Shown one piece after another: positions 24,154 through 36,809 of a DNA stretch of 64,000 nt. Made by a program: the position numbers and the translations under genes. Source of the DNA: Hormiphora californensis (taxonomy: Eukaryota > Animalia > Ctenophora); NCBI GenBank assembly GCA_020137815.1, contig CM035353.1, positions 3,472,001 through 3,536,000 on the forward strand, read 5' to 3'. A model generated the notes under the pieces. The model was not told where the DNA came from and did not search any database. It saw nothing but the letters and a program-made list of their open reading frames with translations. Each line of letters begins with the position of its first letter. The stretch's first letter is position 1.

Positions 24154-25180
24154 TTAATGAATGAACTTTCCTGAAGACTGAATCCAAGCAGGTCAAACCT
24201 TTATATGGGAGTTTAAAGGGCGATTATTCATCCCATTTATATTATACCTTTCTCAACATTGTATTGCTGTGTAACATCTCCGTTGAAAGTAGCAGATAAG
24301 ATACCCTGCCAACTGACAATAATCTCTCCTGCTGAGAAGGACTCAGGGGACAGGGAACCAGTGTAGAGGGCTACAATTTGGTCAGGAGTTAGGGCAGTCC
24401 TCAGCCAGAAGAGATCAGCCAGATCACCCGCAAACGCTTGGCTGCTTTGAAATCCACCTCCGTACGAGTCCTGGTCCTAGGTAGGGAAGAAAACGGAATT
24501 GAAAGTTATTTTATTGCTCACAAACAAAACTACGTTGGTCCAACTGTTATTACATATTTAATTCATTCATGACCCAGTATTTACCTGACCGATAATCAAT
24601 ATTCCTTCATTTTTCATCTCGTAACCCTTCTGCAAAGTTCCGTTGACAACAAGTTCTCCATTCACATATCCACGGGCCTCTCCAGTTGCACTGGACCATA
24701 CCCCAGCGAGGTGTATCCACTCACCTGAGAGAGGTTGCTTAGCAACAAAATCAGAAATTCTTATCAATCAAATCACCTAGGAGAGTTTGAGTTGCGAAGG
24801 AACAAAAAACAGAAATTCTTACTCAATAAAATCACCTGAGAGTTCCGGTTGTATTCTTACTAAATCAACATACCGAGTTTGACGTTTGCACAAAGGGATG
24901 TTGTGAAGACTTTATCATTTCCAACCGTAAGTCTAAATTCACAATCAGTTTGAAACCAGAGAGTCATCTCGTTGCCATTCCCCTGCTTTGCATAGCTGAA
25001 GATCGCTGGTCTTTTATCGGTGGTATAGTTGACCCAGCCAGCGACAGTAAATTCCTGCCACGCGTCTTGGTTGACATCCAGTCGGATGTAGTTTTCCGTG
25101 GATTGGGGCAGCGGGTAGGAAATAATCCGAGCAGTTGAAGTGGACAACAGGGACGCCAGTAGAACTAGGAGCAAAAACAT
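24154..25180 (-). CDS. Secreted short pentraxin (PTX/LamG-like) protein
   Basis: Exons 25180-24874, 24724-24585, 24476-24248, 24170-24154 with GT-AG and compatible phases (last exon tentative). Signal peptide; IFSYA, WIHLAGVW, IIGQDQDSYGGGFQSSQAFAGDL motifs. Confidence 0.9.
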
Positions 25181-25523
25181 AGCTAACAGAGGGTCGGAGG
25201 ATTCCAAATGTGAAAAGCAAGAATCGGGAAAATGTGGAGGTAACGTTTAGCTAGACAATAGGTATAGACAATGCAAGCTAGGGAACGGCAAGCTTATAGG
25301 AAATAGAGAGGAAGCTTTGTTCTAGGTTCTCGTTTTTAAAAACAACATGGTATACTCTCTGTAGTGTGTTCCAGACCCATTGCAACATTAAAGTGAGATC
25401 ATCACATGACGTGTCTTATCTATCTCTATCTCCAGGGTGCATGGGCTTGCCAACGTCAAGCCTACAAGGGACTTTCGCAAGCGATATCGCCGACATCCCA
25501 TCCCCCACCATCAGGAATTACAC

Positions 25524-25525
<2 letters not shown>

Positions 25526-25598
<73 letters not shown>
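25526..25598. repeat. (GA)n microsatellite
   Basis: Direct reading. Similar tracts at ~36100-36170, ~41840-41872 and ~57060-57190. Confidence 0.95.
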
Positions 25599-25606
<8 letters not shown>

Positions 25607-27326
25607 CGAGGTCAGAGACAGGGCTAGATATTGGGTTAAATTTTGTCACATGACGTGTCTTCAGATAACTCTGTTGAGCACTGCAGGTACCAGTATTCGA
25701 ACTCGTTAGTCGAAGAAATTCTGTCAGACCAAAGCTCTGACAGAGGGAACTCGATGAACAAAAACGTAGCAAGACTCTTGCCAAGAGGGAAACTAACGAC
25801 TGAACGCATGTGCCCAGTTAAAGGCGACAAAACGCAGCTCTCCCACTCTCAAGCTAGGTAATGTAGCCGCTTGTGTTACCTCCCTCTATCTTAGAAGAAG
25901 CCGCGACAATTAAACACAGTCTCTGTGATCACGTGTTTAAATGTTGCGATCATGAACTGTGTTATTCATGTCCTTACGCGCTATAATCGATGTCGCTTAC
26001 TCTAGAGAGTTGAGTCTATAATACCTCCTGTATACATTTGAAGATCTAAAGATGTACTGGGACATTTCACCACACTCTCATGAAATAAATGGACGGTGAT
26101 ATCTTGCTCGGTGCAGCAGACAAATTTTGTAGAAGAATTGCGGCCACGGCCTAGCGCCTCACGGCGTGTTGGTACGGTTCCTCGGCCTCTTCCACGCTAG
26201 CTGATACTTGTTCAGTTAATTAGATTGACCCTACAACAAGAAGCAGCCATTACAGCCATTACATGTACACACCCTAAATTGTTCAACCACATCTCATGTA
26301 GCATCAAACATGATGAAGTGTTGTTTGTTTATATTTTTAGCAAAATGAAAATCTTAAATTATCACTGCATCCATTACCAGTATAAACTAAAATAGGTAAT
26401 ATACGTTTAATTCTCTTTCAAAGATAATTAAACGTATACTATTTTAGTTTATACTGGTAATGGAGTAAAGAGTCTTTGCGGTAATTTTACAATATTAGCA
26501 ATATCATTAGTCTCACGAGCTATTTATTCGACTGTTGCCGCTTCATTTTCATTAATAGAGCTGTTCCTATTATGAGAATCGGCGAGGGGTTTACTGAAAA
26601 AGGATACAATCCTACAGGATTGAGATTGAGATTGAGATTAGGGGAAGGATTTGTTATCCTGATAATTTAAACTCTAAATGTCTGTGTCAATAAAAGTCGC
26701 ATTCACTGCCAATCCTTTTCAAAGTTCCGTTTCCTGGGGAGGGGAAGTACTCTACTCCATCGGCTCCGTGCGTTGCTGATTGATGGAATTATGTATCGAC
26801 GTGATTAGTGTTCGTGTACTCCAATGTATAGCCCGTGCTGGCAGACAAAGAAGACCAAAGAAGAAATTTGAGTCGTACAGCAAGGGATTGATCACCGAAT
26901 TGATGGGGATTATAAGAATTGAGAAGAAGGGATACCAAGTTGACGCATTTACAGCTTCTGTGAGATGAAGAAGTGAAACAATACTCAATGGGACCCAACA
27001 GAAAAAATCCGTCAGGATTATTGCAGATATCTTTGCTTGTAAAGCTCTCCTAGTGCCTCGCCGAGCCATCGCAGCTCCTACATTCCGGCTAGATTGCTGG
27101 GTTTTAAAATTGATGTATCCGTAGCTAACCAAGATGAAGATAAAACACAGGACATTCAACAGAAGGATGGACGTTGAAAATATCCATTGCGGGTCGTCAC
27201 GGGTGACAAGGTATTTAAAAATACAAACTCCGTCATTACCATAAAAATGGATTGTTCTATACGGTATTCCTGAAAGAAAATTAGAACTTGATCAAGTAGT
27301 ACTTGAAAGAATACACTAGTGTACTA

Positions 27327-27498
27327 CAGTCGGACCCCGATTTAGGGGCCCCCGATTTAGTGGCACCCCGATTTAGGGACAGGATTTTTTTTCCCCGATA
27401 TAGGAAATTAACCTTATTTGACCCCGATTTAGTGGACACCCCGATTTAGTGGACAAGAGCCTTTCCCCCGAGGGTGTCCCTAAATCGGGGTCCGACTG
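27327..27498. mobile_element. Tc1/mariner-pogo-type MITE (CAGTCGGACCCCGATTTA TIR, TA TSD)
   Basis: TA|CAGTCGGACC...GGTCCGACTG|TA. Family members at 33977-34146, 38281-38353, 48369-48563, 48908-48980, 51705-51783, 56146-56316, 61601-61663 and 62790-62854. Confidence 0.9.
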
Positions 27499-28306
27499 TA
27501 CATGCATACACGAACAGAAATTACTTATATCGGACCCTGATTTACAGAAACCCGGATTTATCGGGAGGATAAAATTTACTATGTTTACTAATTGGTCCCG
27601 AGATACCGGGCAACCCGATTTACCGGGCAAAACGCTTTTCTCTCGAGCAGCACGTTAAATTGGGGTCCGACTGTATTGATTACCTCTATCTGACGAGATC
27701 ATTTCCATGACTGTTGAACGGATAGCTGCCCAGGAGGATGCAGCATTCTTCCACGACCCTAACCGCCCTCCAAAGTACTCCTTAAACGCCGAGTAGTGGT
27801 TTATCTTAGTAGCGGGCCTAATAAAGAGCGGTGATCTGTGATAGTACAGCCCGTTGACAAAGTAGTCCTCGGTAGATGGCAATATAGGTGTAACCGCAAT
27901 CAGGATGCTTGCCAGAACTGGAGAGACAAGCAGCAACCCAAGCTTGGTGACAGACTTGAAGCTAGAGCATTCCCGTTGGAACAAGTTTCCTATGTTTGCC
28001 ACTCTGCTCATGCTTAGCATTGTCATTGCGAAGAGTGACAGTTGCGATCCAGTGGTGCTCAGAACTCCAAGGAAGGAACACTCACTGGAGCTAAACCATT
28101 GGTATTTGTCTTGACAGTAGTTGTCACCAGCTTTGTAGGTGAAGTCAAAGTAGGATATCAGCAGTAGGTAAACACCGATCATCAGATCACCAAGATTTAT
28201 CAAAACAATGGCCGATTTATTGAGGAACATTGCGTACGTATCTTGTTGGCGTAACTCCCAAACCGATTTAATCAGTGCAACAGTGTTCAATGATGTGGCT
28301 AGTAGT

Positions 28307-28458
28307 CCCTACTAAAATATAGTTCGAAGCGACGCGACGCGCGATCGATGAACGATCGATAAACGATCGATATCGATCGTTTATCGATCGTTTATCGATC
28401 GTTTATCGATCGTTCATCGATCGCGCGTCGCGTCGCGTCGAACTATATTTTAGTAGGG
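28307..28458. mobile_element. Palindromic CCC...GGG MITE inserted in the GPCR exon
   Basis: Near-identical to 7210-7350, with GT/GT 2-bp TSD. Removing it restores ...SMGLLATSLNTVAL. Confidence 0.9.
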
Positions 28459-30520
28459 GTCCCATAGACGGACTTGCATATCTTAGAAAATCGGTCCCGA
28501 AGATATTCTTGTTTAAGTGGCAACCGTCGAAGCACTCATCGGAAAAATCACGGCAGTGCACCACGCCATCACAAACTTGAGACAGGACAACGAGCCCCAA
28601 CTGGTCTCTGTCTTTGCACCGGAATTGATTTGAACAGTTTTCCTCATCAGAGCCATCACCACACTCGTCCCTAAGGTTGCAGACATCCCGATAGGACATA
28701 CAATTCTTGTTATCACATGGGAATATTTTGTTGTCGTAGAATCCGGGAATATGTGCCGTTTTTATCAGTGTTGCTGTGCTAGGAAAGTCAGTCGCTGCCA
28801 GGGCTCTGACTACTGTAGACTCCTTTCTATTGATACATGTGTCTCCCTGTACTTTCTTTAGGGGACATTCGGCATTCAGACAGATGTTGTTGCATGCTGC
28901 ATAGACATAGTTCGCACCAAAAAGATGGGAACAATCGACCTTTGTCTCAGGAATCCTTACGAATATGGGGTTTTCAACCTTGAGAACAGTTTTGACGAGT
29001 CCAGCAGTATGTTTTACTGTATTGCACTTTCCTAGTTTCATTTCCAGATCTTCAGCCCCTTTTGGAAAACAATGCTGAATGTAGTATTCATTGCCATTGT
29101 TAATACTATCGACCAGACTTGTAACATCAGTGTCAGTTTGCCGAGCTGCGATACACAGCTTTTCCTCAAACGAGCACGTGTTTATTCTATCACAAAGTTT
29201 ATTCAAGTCAATATAGTTTCTCTCCAAAGGACAGAGAAGGACTTCCTCACATTCAGTCTCTTTCTCTTGATACCTGGCGTAATAGTCAGATCCGCATATC
29301 TTCCACCTACCCTTATCTTCATCCAATCCATCGAGGCAGTCCTCTTGCCCGTCCATGATCCAGTCTAACGGTATTAGAAGGGAGACGTTCTTCTCCACGT
29401 GTGGAGATTGAAATCTTCTGATGCAGGTCACTTCTGCTATATCTTTACAAGTTTCATCTCCTCCATTTTTGCAGTCATAATGTCCATCACACAGCTGCCC
29501 CTTGTGAATAGTGCACCCGGGTTCTTGTTCCACACACACGTTATTGTAGTTGTCATCACAAAGTTGATCACCGGAACCAAGACAATAACCCCAAATGGAA
29601 ATGGTAGTTGGAAAGCCCTGGGACAAGCATTGCATCGTAACCCTTTCAGGATCGCTGCAGTTTGTCTGATCCTGTCTGTTTACACAAGCGGACCATTCGG
29701 GATGGAAACATCTCATGTTATCTTGGATCAGTATGGTCTTGTTTATATGTTTATGCTGACAGGTGGTGTGATCAGCAACATTCAAGTTATTACATCCTAC
29801 CTCATCTTCACCATGTTTACAGTTCTCCTTTCCATCACAGATCCACCCCGGTGGGATATACCGCAAATGAGAAAATAGACGCTCACACCGAACACCATAT
29901 TTTACACCATTACAATGTGATTCATCGGAACACAGATGAACATCACATTTGCCATCACATGTTGTGTTTACCACACTGCTGCATCCAACCATGTTCAGTT
30001 CAGTGTTTTTACAGTCACCGTCGTGACAACGAAATTTAGTTTCGTAGAATATGCCAGCATAACCGAATCTACTAGCATAATTAACTTGACAGGCGTATGT
30101 TCCACAGAGTAAAGGTGTCCCACCCAGTTCCTTGTAACCAGTACAACCACCGTGCCCATGCATACCTGGTAGAACCCTGGATCAGAAGGACACAAGTTGC
30201 TGAATCTAATGACATAACAATTACTGCCCCATGAGTAGTGCTTCCTGTACACAGAATTTGATAGTGGGCATTTGTAGTATGTTGTAGTACACTGTTCGTG
30301 GAGGTATCCACCAACCTCCACTAGTTCACACTTATTATCTGGGGTTGCAGTTCCTGTGTTAGACACAGGGGTTGTTGTGGACAGGAAACTGGAAACGGAG
30401 GCCTCCAATACACTCGCCAATCCAATAACTCCCGTAAGAAGTGTAACAAATACCAACATATCGTGAAACTAAAAGAGTTGAGTATGAAATTTAAGTATTC
30501 ATCACGGAAGCACAAACAAA

Positions 30521-31320
30521 TATAATATAGATAACCCCGGCTAGTAGAGGGATGAAATCTGATATACCACCCTTTCAGGGTGGTATATCAATACGATATC
30601 CACGAGGAGCAACGCGACGAGGGGAATATCGTGTGATAATCCCCGTTACACACCAGTTACACCAGCGTCCCCCTGATATCAGGGGGACGCTCCCTGATAT
30701 CAGGGCACGGCGCGTTCCTGCATGCCCGGCCATCATGTGCAGATGGTTCTGTGGGAACCATGTGACACTGCTGCGCGTGACGTAAATTGTATGGAAAGTA
30801 GTACTAGCGCGCACCGTCAGCACTCACTTGCTTGCCGACCTTGGCAACTGCCGTGCTTGGGAACTGATGCCTGGGAATCTCTAACTGGTGCCTTAGGGGA
30901 TTATCAAATTTCATCACTTTACTAGCCGTGGTTATTTCTTATAAAACGACCCCGGGAATTATGAAAGGTGTGAAAACAGAGGGAGGGAATTATTTGATAT
31001 ACCACAGTAGACTGCGGGAAATATCAGCAGAGGGGGTGGTTTATAATATAGATAACCCCGGTTAGTAGAGGGATGAAATCTGATATACCAGCCTATTAGG
31101 CTGGTATATCAATACGATATCCACGAGGAACGGAGTGACGAGGGGAATATCGTGTGATAATCCCCGTAGGGGATTATCAAATTTCATCACTTTACTAGCC
31201 GTGGTTATTTCTTATAAAACGACCCCGGGAATTATGAAAGGTGTGAAAACAGAGGGAGGGAATTATTTGATATACCACAGTAGACTGCGGGAAATATCAG
31301 CAGGGGGGGTGGTTTATAAT
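30521..31320. mobile_element. Head-to-tail dimer of a ~280-bp non-autonomous Crypton-like element
   Basis: Two units share TATAAT at the ends and junction (31042-31047). No TIR or TSD; internal palindromes CGATATCCACGAGGA...ACGAGGGGAATATCG. Unit 1 has a ~250-bp insert. Confidence 0.6.
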
Positions 31321-33491
31321 TCAAAAGTAGAAAATGAAAACAGCTATGTGCCATGGGGGAAGGAGTGGTGCATTCAACAACATTCAGGATTTAGATACTG
31401 AAAAAGTGGTCTGCAGAGGAATTATTGCCTATCACCAAACTACCCAGATCATTATCTTCATGAAGATAATGATCTGCCGATCTGGGTAGGTTGGTGATAG
31501 AATCGAGCTGAGGGCTATCTCGGTAAACTGCCGGGCCAATGCTCTGCGGCGGTTCTCAAAATGAGATGTATTGGAAATATTCGACCACAACTCACAAACA
31601 GCTTATAGCTGTGCATTGGTCATTTATCTAGGAAAAAATATTTTTGAAACTCCCTATAATTTCTCGTAGATAAATGATCAATGCACATGTAGCCGTGGTC
31701 GATAAGTGATTTCCAATCCAGATCATTGCCCTTTTAAAAGGAGGAAATTCGTATTTTTAACTGTGGTGAATTGCAGACATCTATAAGATGTTGACATGAA
31801 GAACCTAATTATACCTCAATTAATCATTAATTTACCGGGAGATAAACTTCTCCCAAAATAGAAAATTAACGGTATATCTAACAGCGTGTAAAGTCGAATT
31901 TTTTAATCAAGCTGGGACAGGGGGCCCTGCATTTAAAAAAGTCGATTTGCGTGTGCTATCTGTCAGAGCATTGGCCTGACCCTATTCTCATTTCGCGGAG
32001 CGCGCGAGAACTGTGGTCAGAGCATTGGCCTGACAGTGTGCTATCCGTTTTCGCTCATATCTCCTGTTCCTGATAAGATAAAGAATTGATTTTGGTTGCG
32101 TTGAAAAGGTCTTGAAATTATCTTTCCAACGCTCCCGGGTTCAAGTCTTAAGATTGCCAGGAACTTGATCTCGATTGTCACGTGCAAATACAACGCCGCG
32201 CGACCTCTCTGAATGCGCGGCCCCCCTGTCCCTAATTGAGGGCGCGATCACACCAGGATCTTCGAAACAATTGCTTTGAAGATCCAAACTGAATCACACT
32301 GAAAAGTTTGGTCGGTTCTTCAAATTAGCAGGCGTTCAGTTGTGAACGCCTGTTGTGTGCGGCGCACTGGCACGTGGGCTCTAGGACTGTAACTCACCTG
32401 GACTGTAACTCGAAAGTGAGTTATTGTCCGAAAATTGGCGTCGACTTTTTATTTTTTGGTGACTTTCTCAGAAAGTGAAATAAAGCGGACAGAAAGTTTC
32501 TGTCCGCTTTATTTTCGACTTTTTGCTAGGACAAAAAGTCGATAGCTAGGACAAAATGTCGAAATTGAAACTCACCTGGTTTTTACCGTAAAACCCAACC
32601 CAACCCTAATACAGCCCTATAACCTTGAACCCAAACAATAACCCTAACACTACTAAGGGAATATAAACCAGTGAACTCTCGTTTCCGGCCTATCGGCCGC
32701 AATCTCGAGTTCCCATGAGAGGTGAGTTAATGTCCTTTTGGACTCTAACTCACCCTAAATAGTGGGGCGGACAAAAAGTCACCAGATCCGGACTATAACT
32801 CACCTAGATTCGAGATTTTCAAAATGTGAGTTATAGTCCGAAATTTTCGAGTTCGAGTTCGAGTTATCGTCCATTCGAGTTTTTGTCCGGTACCCGGCAC
32901 GTGCAACATGGGCGCTGGCAGGCTTTTACGTGCTGCCTTCCTATTTGTCCATTTGGGGCTGTTTTGAAACAAAATCTCAAAAATGTGCCCTCTACTTCTA
33001 GGATATCTAGACGACATCTTTAGCTGCAATCTGATGACTCGAAACTTTGCGAAGAGTCAGAGCAGTACTTCCGCAATTGGCCGAAAACTATGCGAATGTC
33101 TGCGAATGTTTGCGAATGTCTGCGATGACTTGCGATGATTTGCAATATTTTGCGATATTTTGCGAAGGTGGCAAAAAAATAGACACGCTCCGTAATCAAT
33201 TAGCATTTATTCGCATGAGATCGCATTTAGTAGCAAAATATTGAATTTTTTTGCATTACATTGCATTTATTAGCAAGCGATGGCATTTGTTCGCAAACAA
33301 TCGCATTTTATCGCAATTGCAATTTATCGCAACTAATTGCAATCAATTGCAAATATTTGCGTTGGATCGCAAACATTCGCACAATTTTAGGCCGGATGTG
33401 GAAGCTCTGCATTCATTCAAGATGTTATTCTAAGATGATTCCCCTCTAGTTATAATGTAAACATATTCTAGGGTGCACATTTTTGAATTTC

Positions 33492-33946
33492 AACAAGAAT
33501 TATTTGCATTATGTATCCATAATGCTACGTTTCCCTGCCCTCTTCGATTTGCCATTCAACTCGCCCAACGAGTAAGCTGTCCGCAAAATGGGGATTTGTG
33601 TTTTTCGAATTTTTGAACAAAACGCAGAACAGATTTTTCAATTTTCTTTTCAATTTTTCAATTTTCTTTTTATTTCAATTTCTCCAATCAAAACGTGCGG
33701 CCGATATAAAACAAATTTTGCTGCGCGTTACAGTTTATAGCCGCGCGCCCCTCATAAAATTTCAATTGTTTGCGTGTGCGCATGTTACTCCGCAAGTGTC
33801 AGATCGTGCGCACCGCGAGGTTGCCCCTCGCAACGAAAGTGTGACCAAAAAATGTCCCTCTACCGATTAGTTAGTATACCAAAATGTCGTTTTCGAATTC
33901 TAACCCTGCTATGCCTTTTTACAAAGTAGCAGGGCAGGGAAAAAAT
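33492..33946 (+). mobile_element. HINE-like element, same termini as 20190-20836
   Basis: AACAAGAATTATTTGCATTATG...TTTCCCTGCCC ... GGGCAGGGAAAAAA. Confidence 0.6.
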
Positions 33947-33976
33947 TTTGATGAATAGGGAAGGCTATAGGTGTTA

Positions 33977-34146
33977 CAGTCGGACCCCGATTTAGGGGCC
34001 CCCGATTTAGTGGCACCCCGATTTAGGGACAGGATTTTTTCCCCGATATAGGAAACTAACCTTATTTGACCCCGATTTAGTGGACACCCCGATTTAGTGG
34101 ACAAGAGCCTTTCCCCCGAGGGTGTCCCTAAATCGGGGTCCGACTG
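33977..34146. mobile_element. CAGTCGGACC MITE copy
   Basis: Near-identical to 27327-27498, TA TSD. Confidence 0.9.
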
Positions 34147-36123
34147 TACTTTAACACTCCTTGCCGGTTGAGAGAGGGCGGCATTTTATGAGACAATTAG
34201 TGTACGGTTGTGCACACAGTGCACCCCTCTCTTTTTTGCCTTCGCAGTTTTTTCAGTTTCGGCAACCGCGGTGCAGGAAGTAGCTCCCCCAGAAGATGGT
34301 ATTCAAGTAAGTTAAGCTTGTTCTGCCCATCCCTAGTATAATATCATTTCCTGATTTTCCCATCCAATAAATTATAAGCATGCAGCATGCACTGGCCTCC
34401 GATTATATATTTCCATTAAATATATAACCGCAGCATTTCTTTAGCCAGCTGTATTATAGCCAGGAAGAGCACTAATCCCCAATCGATCCCCCAGTTTACT
34501 CTCCATTACGCTTTCGAGTACCCCCTCCCTTTAATGATACGCCCTTCCTAGTTACTTATACTGGTTATAAAAGTTAACTTATTCAACCTCACAGTCGGAC
34601 GCTAAAAGACTTAGCGGATGTTGATATATATATATTTCAGAATATATTTATATTTATAAATATAAATATATTCTGAAATTTACTTTTAAGATCATACTAT
34701 GTATTTGCTCATGATTCCTTGTTTTGTTCAAACCCATCGGGGAGAGAGGGTCGAAGAAGGCTAATCATTCCAATGTGAAATTGTGAAATGAGTTCCCCCA
34801 TTTCCACCTATCATTTCCACTGATTAGCCAATATATATCTTCTCCTCATTTCACTCTCATGTGGGGCAAGGAATCATCATCGCAATAATTGCATTTCGTT
34901 TTCCGTTTCATATTCTTTGAGTTTAACTCATAAAGCAGTTATAGATTCTTCTCACGATTTCAACTTCTCGTATGTTTCCGCTCATATGGCTATCGTGATC
35001 TCTCCCAATTTCTTGTCTAATATGTCTCATTTCCTGTGATTGCACGGTTACGTGGGGGCGGCGGTGCAGTCAATCGATTATGAAATTACGTAGCGTGGTT
35101 TAATCACTGATAATGATACCTTGACCAGAAGGAGGATCGGATTAGGGAGGGGCGGGGAGAACTGAGAGAGGCAGTTGAGAGAGAGAGAGAGAGGTTAGAG
35201 AGGGGCAGTTAAGAAAGAGAGAGAGAGGGGGGGATGAGTGGGTGAGAGGAAGGGTGGGTGAAGTGGGAAAGAGATAGTCCGTAATTAGACAGAAGTTATA
35301 TTGTCAGCGCAGCTCGCGATGGTTGAAACTTTGCGATCGTAATAGTTTGAAGTTTTAAACATATTTTTAATTAATACTTATTCTAGTATGCAGTTGTGGT
35401 TAAATAAATACAGTTTTAATCTATATATTGGTATTTTTTATCTCTAAATTCCTACCCCTCTCTAAATGCAGCTATTACTCGGAAAGTTTGAATCCATATT
35501 GTTTCCAGCTAATTATGGTAATGGGATGATGCGGGGGGGGGGGGGATGATTCGGGGGGAGGTAATTTCTGGAAACATTATGCTCATTAACTCATTACCTC
35601 CCCCCCCCCCCTCCCCGCCGATTTAATAATAGCTGCTGCGCCGGTATTTCCTTGCTCCATATTTTGTTTCAGCAACTATCACAGTTACAATAGCACTAAA
35701 GTAGGGCTAAATATGTGGGTGAATTGTGGGCTAAAGTATTCCATACTTAGTATTGAATTGAACAAGAAGTTTAGGGTAGATTTGAATATAATGACCATTG
35801 TTGTTGCATTGTAACTCGAATATATGGGAGAGTTTGGTTATTTTTCTATTTTTTAGGATCCAGGAAGTTCTGTTCGATGTCTGCGAAGGCCCAGACATGT
35901 ATTTTTCAATGCTATCTAGGAAAAAATAAACATCCGTCTAGGTGGAAAATGGACTTTTAAATCTTCAAAATATTTAAGTTGTTCCTGCATATCCATATGC
36001 AGGAAGAAGTTAAGAACATTTAGAGGCAAAAGCTATAAAATCTTTAGAATACTGAGTATGTTCAGTATTGATCTACAGATCTTATAGCTTTTCGCCTCTA
36101 AGAAAGAGAGAGAGAGAGAGAGT

Positions 36124-36163
<40 letters not shown>

Positions 36164-36556
36164 AAGAGAGAAACTATAGTAAGTGATGCTCATTGTTAAT
36201 CCTATAGTGTTTTGAGGGTGTGGTAGTTTACAATAAGTATAGGAATTTGGAACTTTTGTCCACATAGAAATTGCAATTTTAATATAGTTGCTATTAAAAA
36301 TCAAGTTAATCTAACATGATTCATTTTGTTTTTCCCTTCTCTGGGATCCCGATAGAGCATTGGAAAGTGCAGCTTCGTGTGTAATTGTTATTGCAATGAA
36401 CCACTTAGCAAAGTTCATATCTTGAATACCTCTCCGTTATTGGGATTTAAATAAGATGGTTATTGCGCTGATAGTTCAGTCTTATTGAGCATTTTAGTGG
36501 GCGTCTCGACTCTTTAATACCGCATAGGTATATATATATATATATACATATATTAA

Positions 36557-36809
36557 GCCAAAAACTAATTGGAATTAGTTGGCGGGAAAGGTGGCCCACT
36601 TACACCTTTTGCTGCTACCGGGTACCACGAACTGTCATTCTCTTCACGTAACGTCGGTATCTCAATCTCTCTCTCTCTCTCTCACCCTTTCTCTTTCTCT
36701 ATTTCACTCACCTCTTATATCCCTGATACATTTTGAAATAACACCCGGCATCAGGCAAAGGTGTAAGTGGGCCACCTTTCCCGCCAACTAATTCCAATTA
36801 GTTTTTGGC
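36557..36809. mobile_element. TTAA-flanked MITE with ~52-bp TIRs
   Basis: TTAA|GCCAAAAACTAATTGG...CCAATTAGTTTTTGGC|TTAA. Confidence 0.85.

Larger units (their letters stand above)
26752..30459 (-). pseudogene. LDLa-repeat rhodopsin-class GPCR (GRL101/RXFP-like 7TM, no LRRs), disrupted allele
   Basis: Signal peptide at 30459; ~8 LDLa-like modules; TM motifs NLGDLMIGVYL, CSFLGVLS, FYGNDGVC, TDFFCWVP, PINSVINPLLY. Intron 27270-27683. Frameshift near 30160 and MITE at 28307-28458 break the frame. Confidence 0.85.

Noticed and set aside
28307-28458. Introner-like self-splicing-out MITE
   Set aside because: No GT/GC donor in phase with the terminal AG on the coding strand.
32590-32650. Telomeric repeats
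   Set aside because: Only degenerate ACCCTAA-like words inside a repeat element; no (TTAGGG)n tract.
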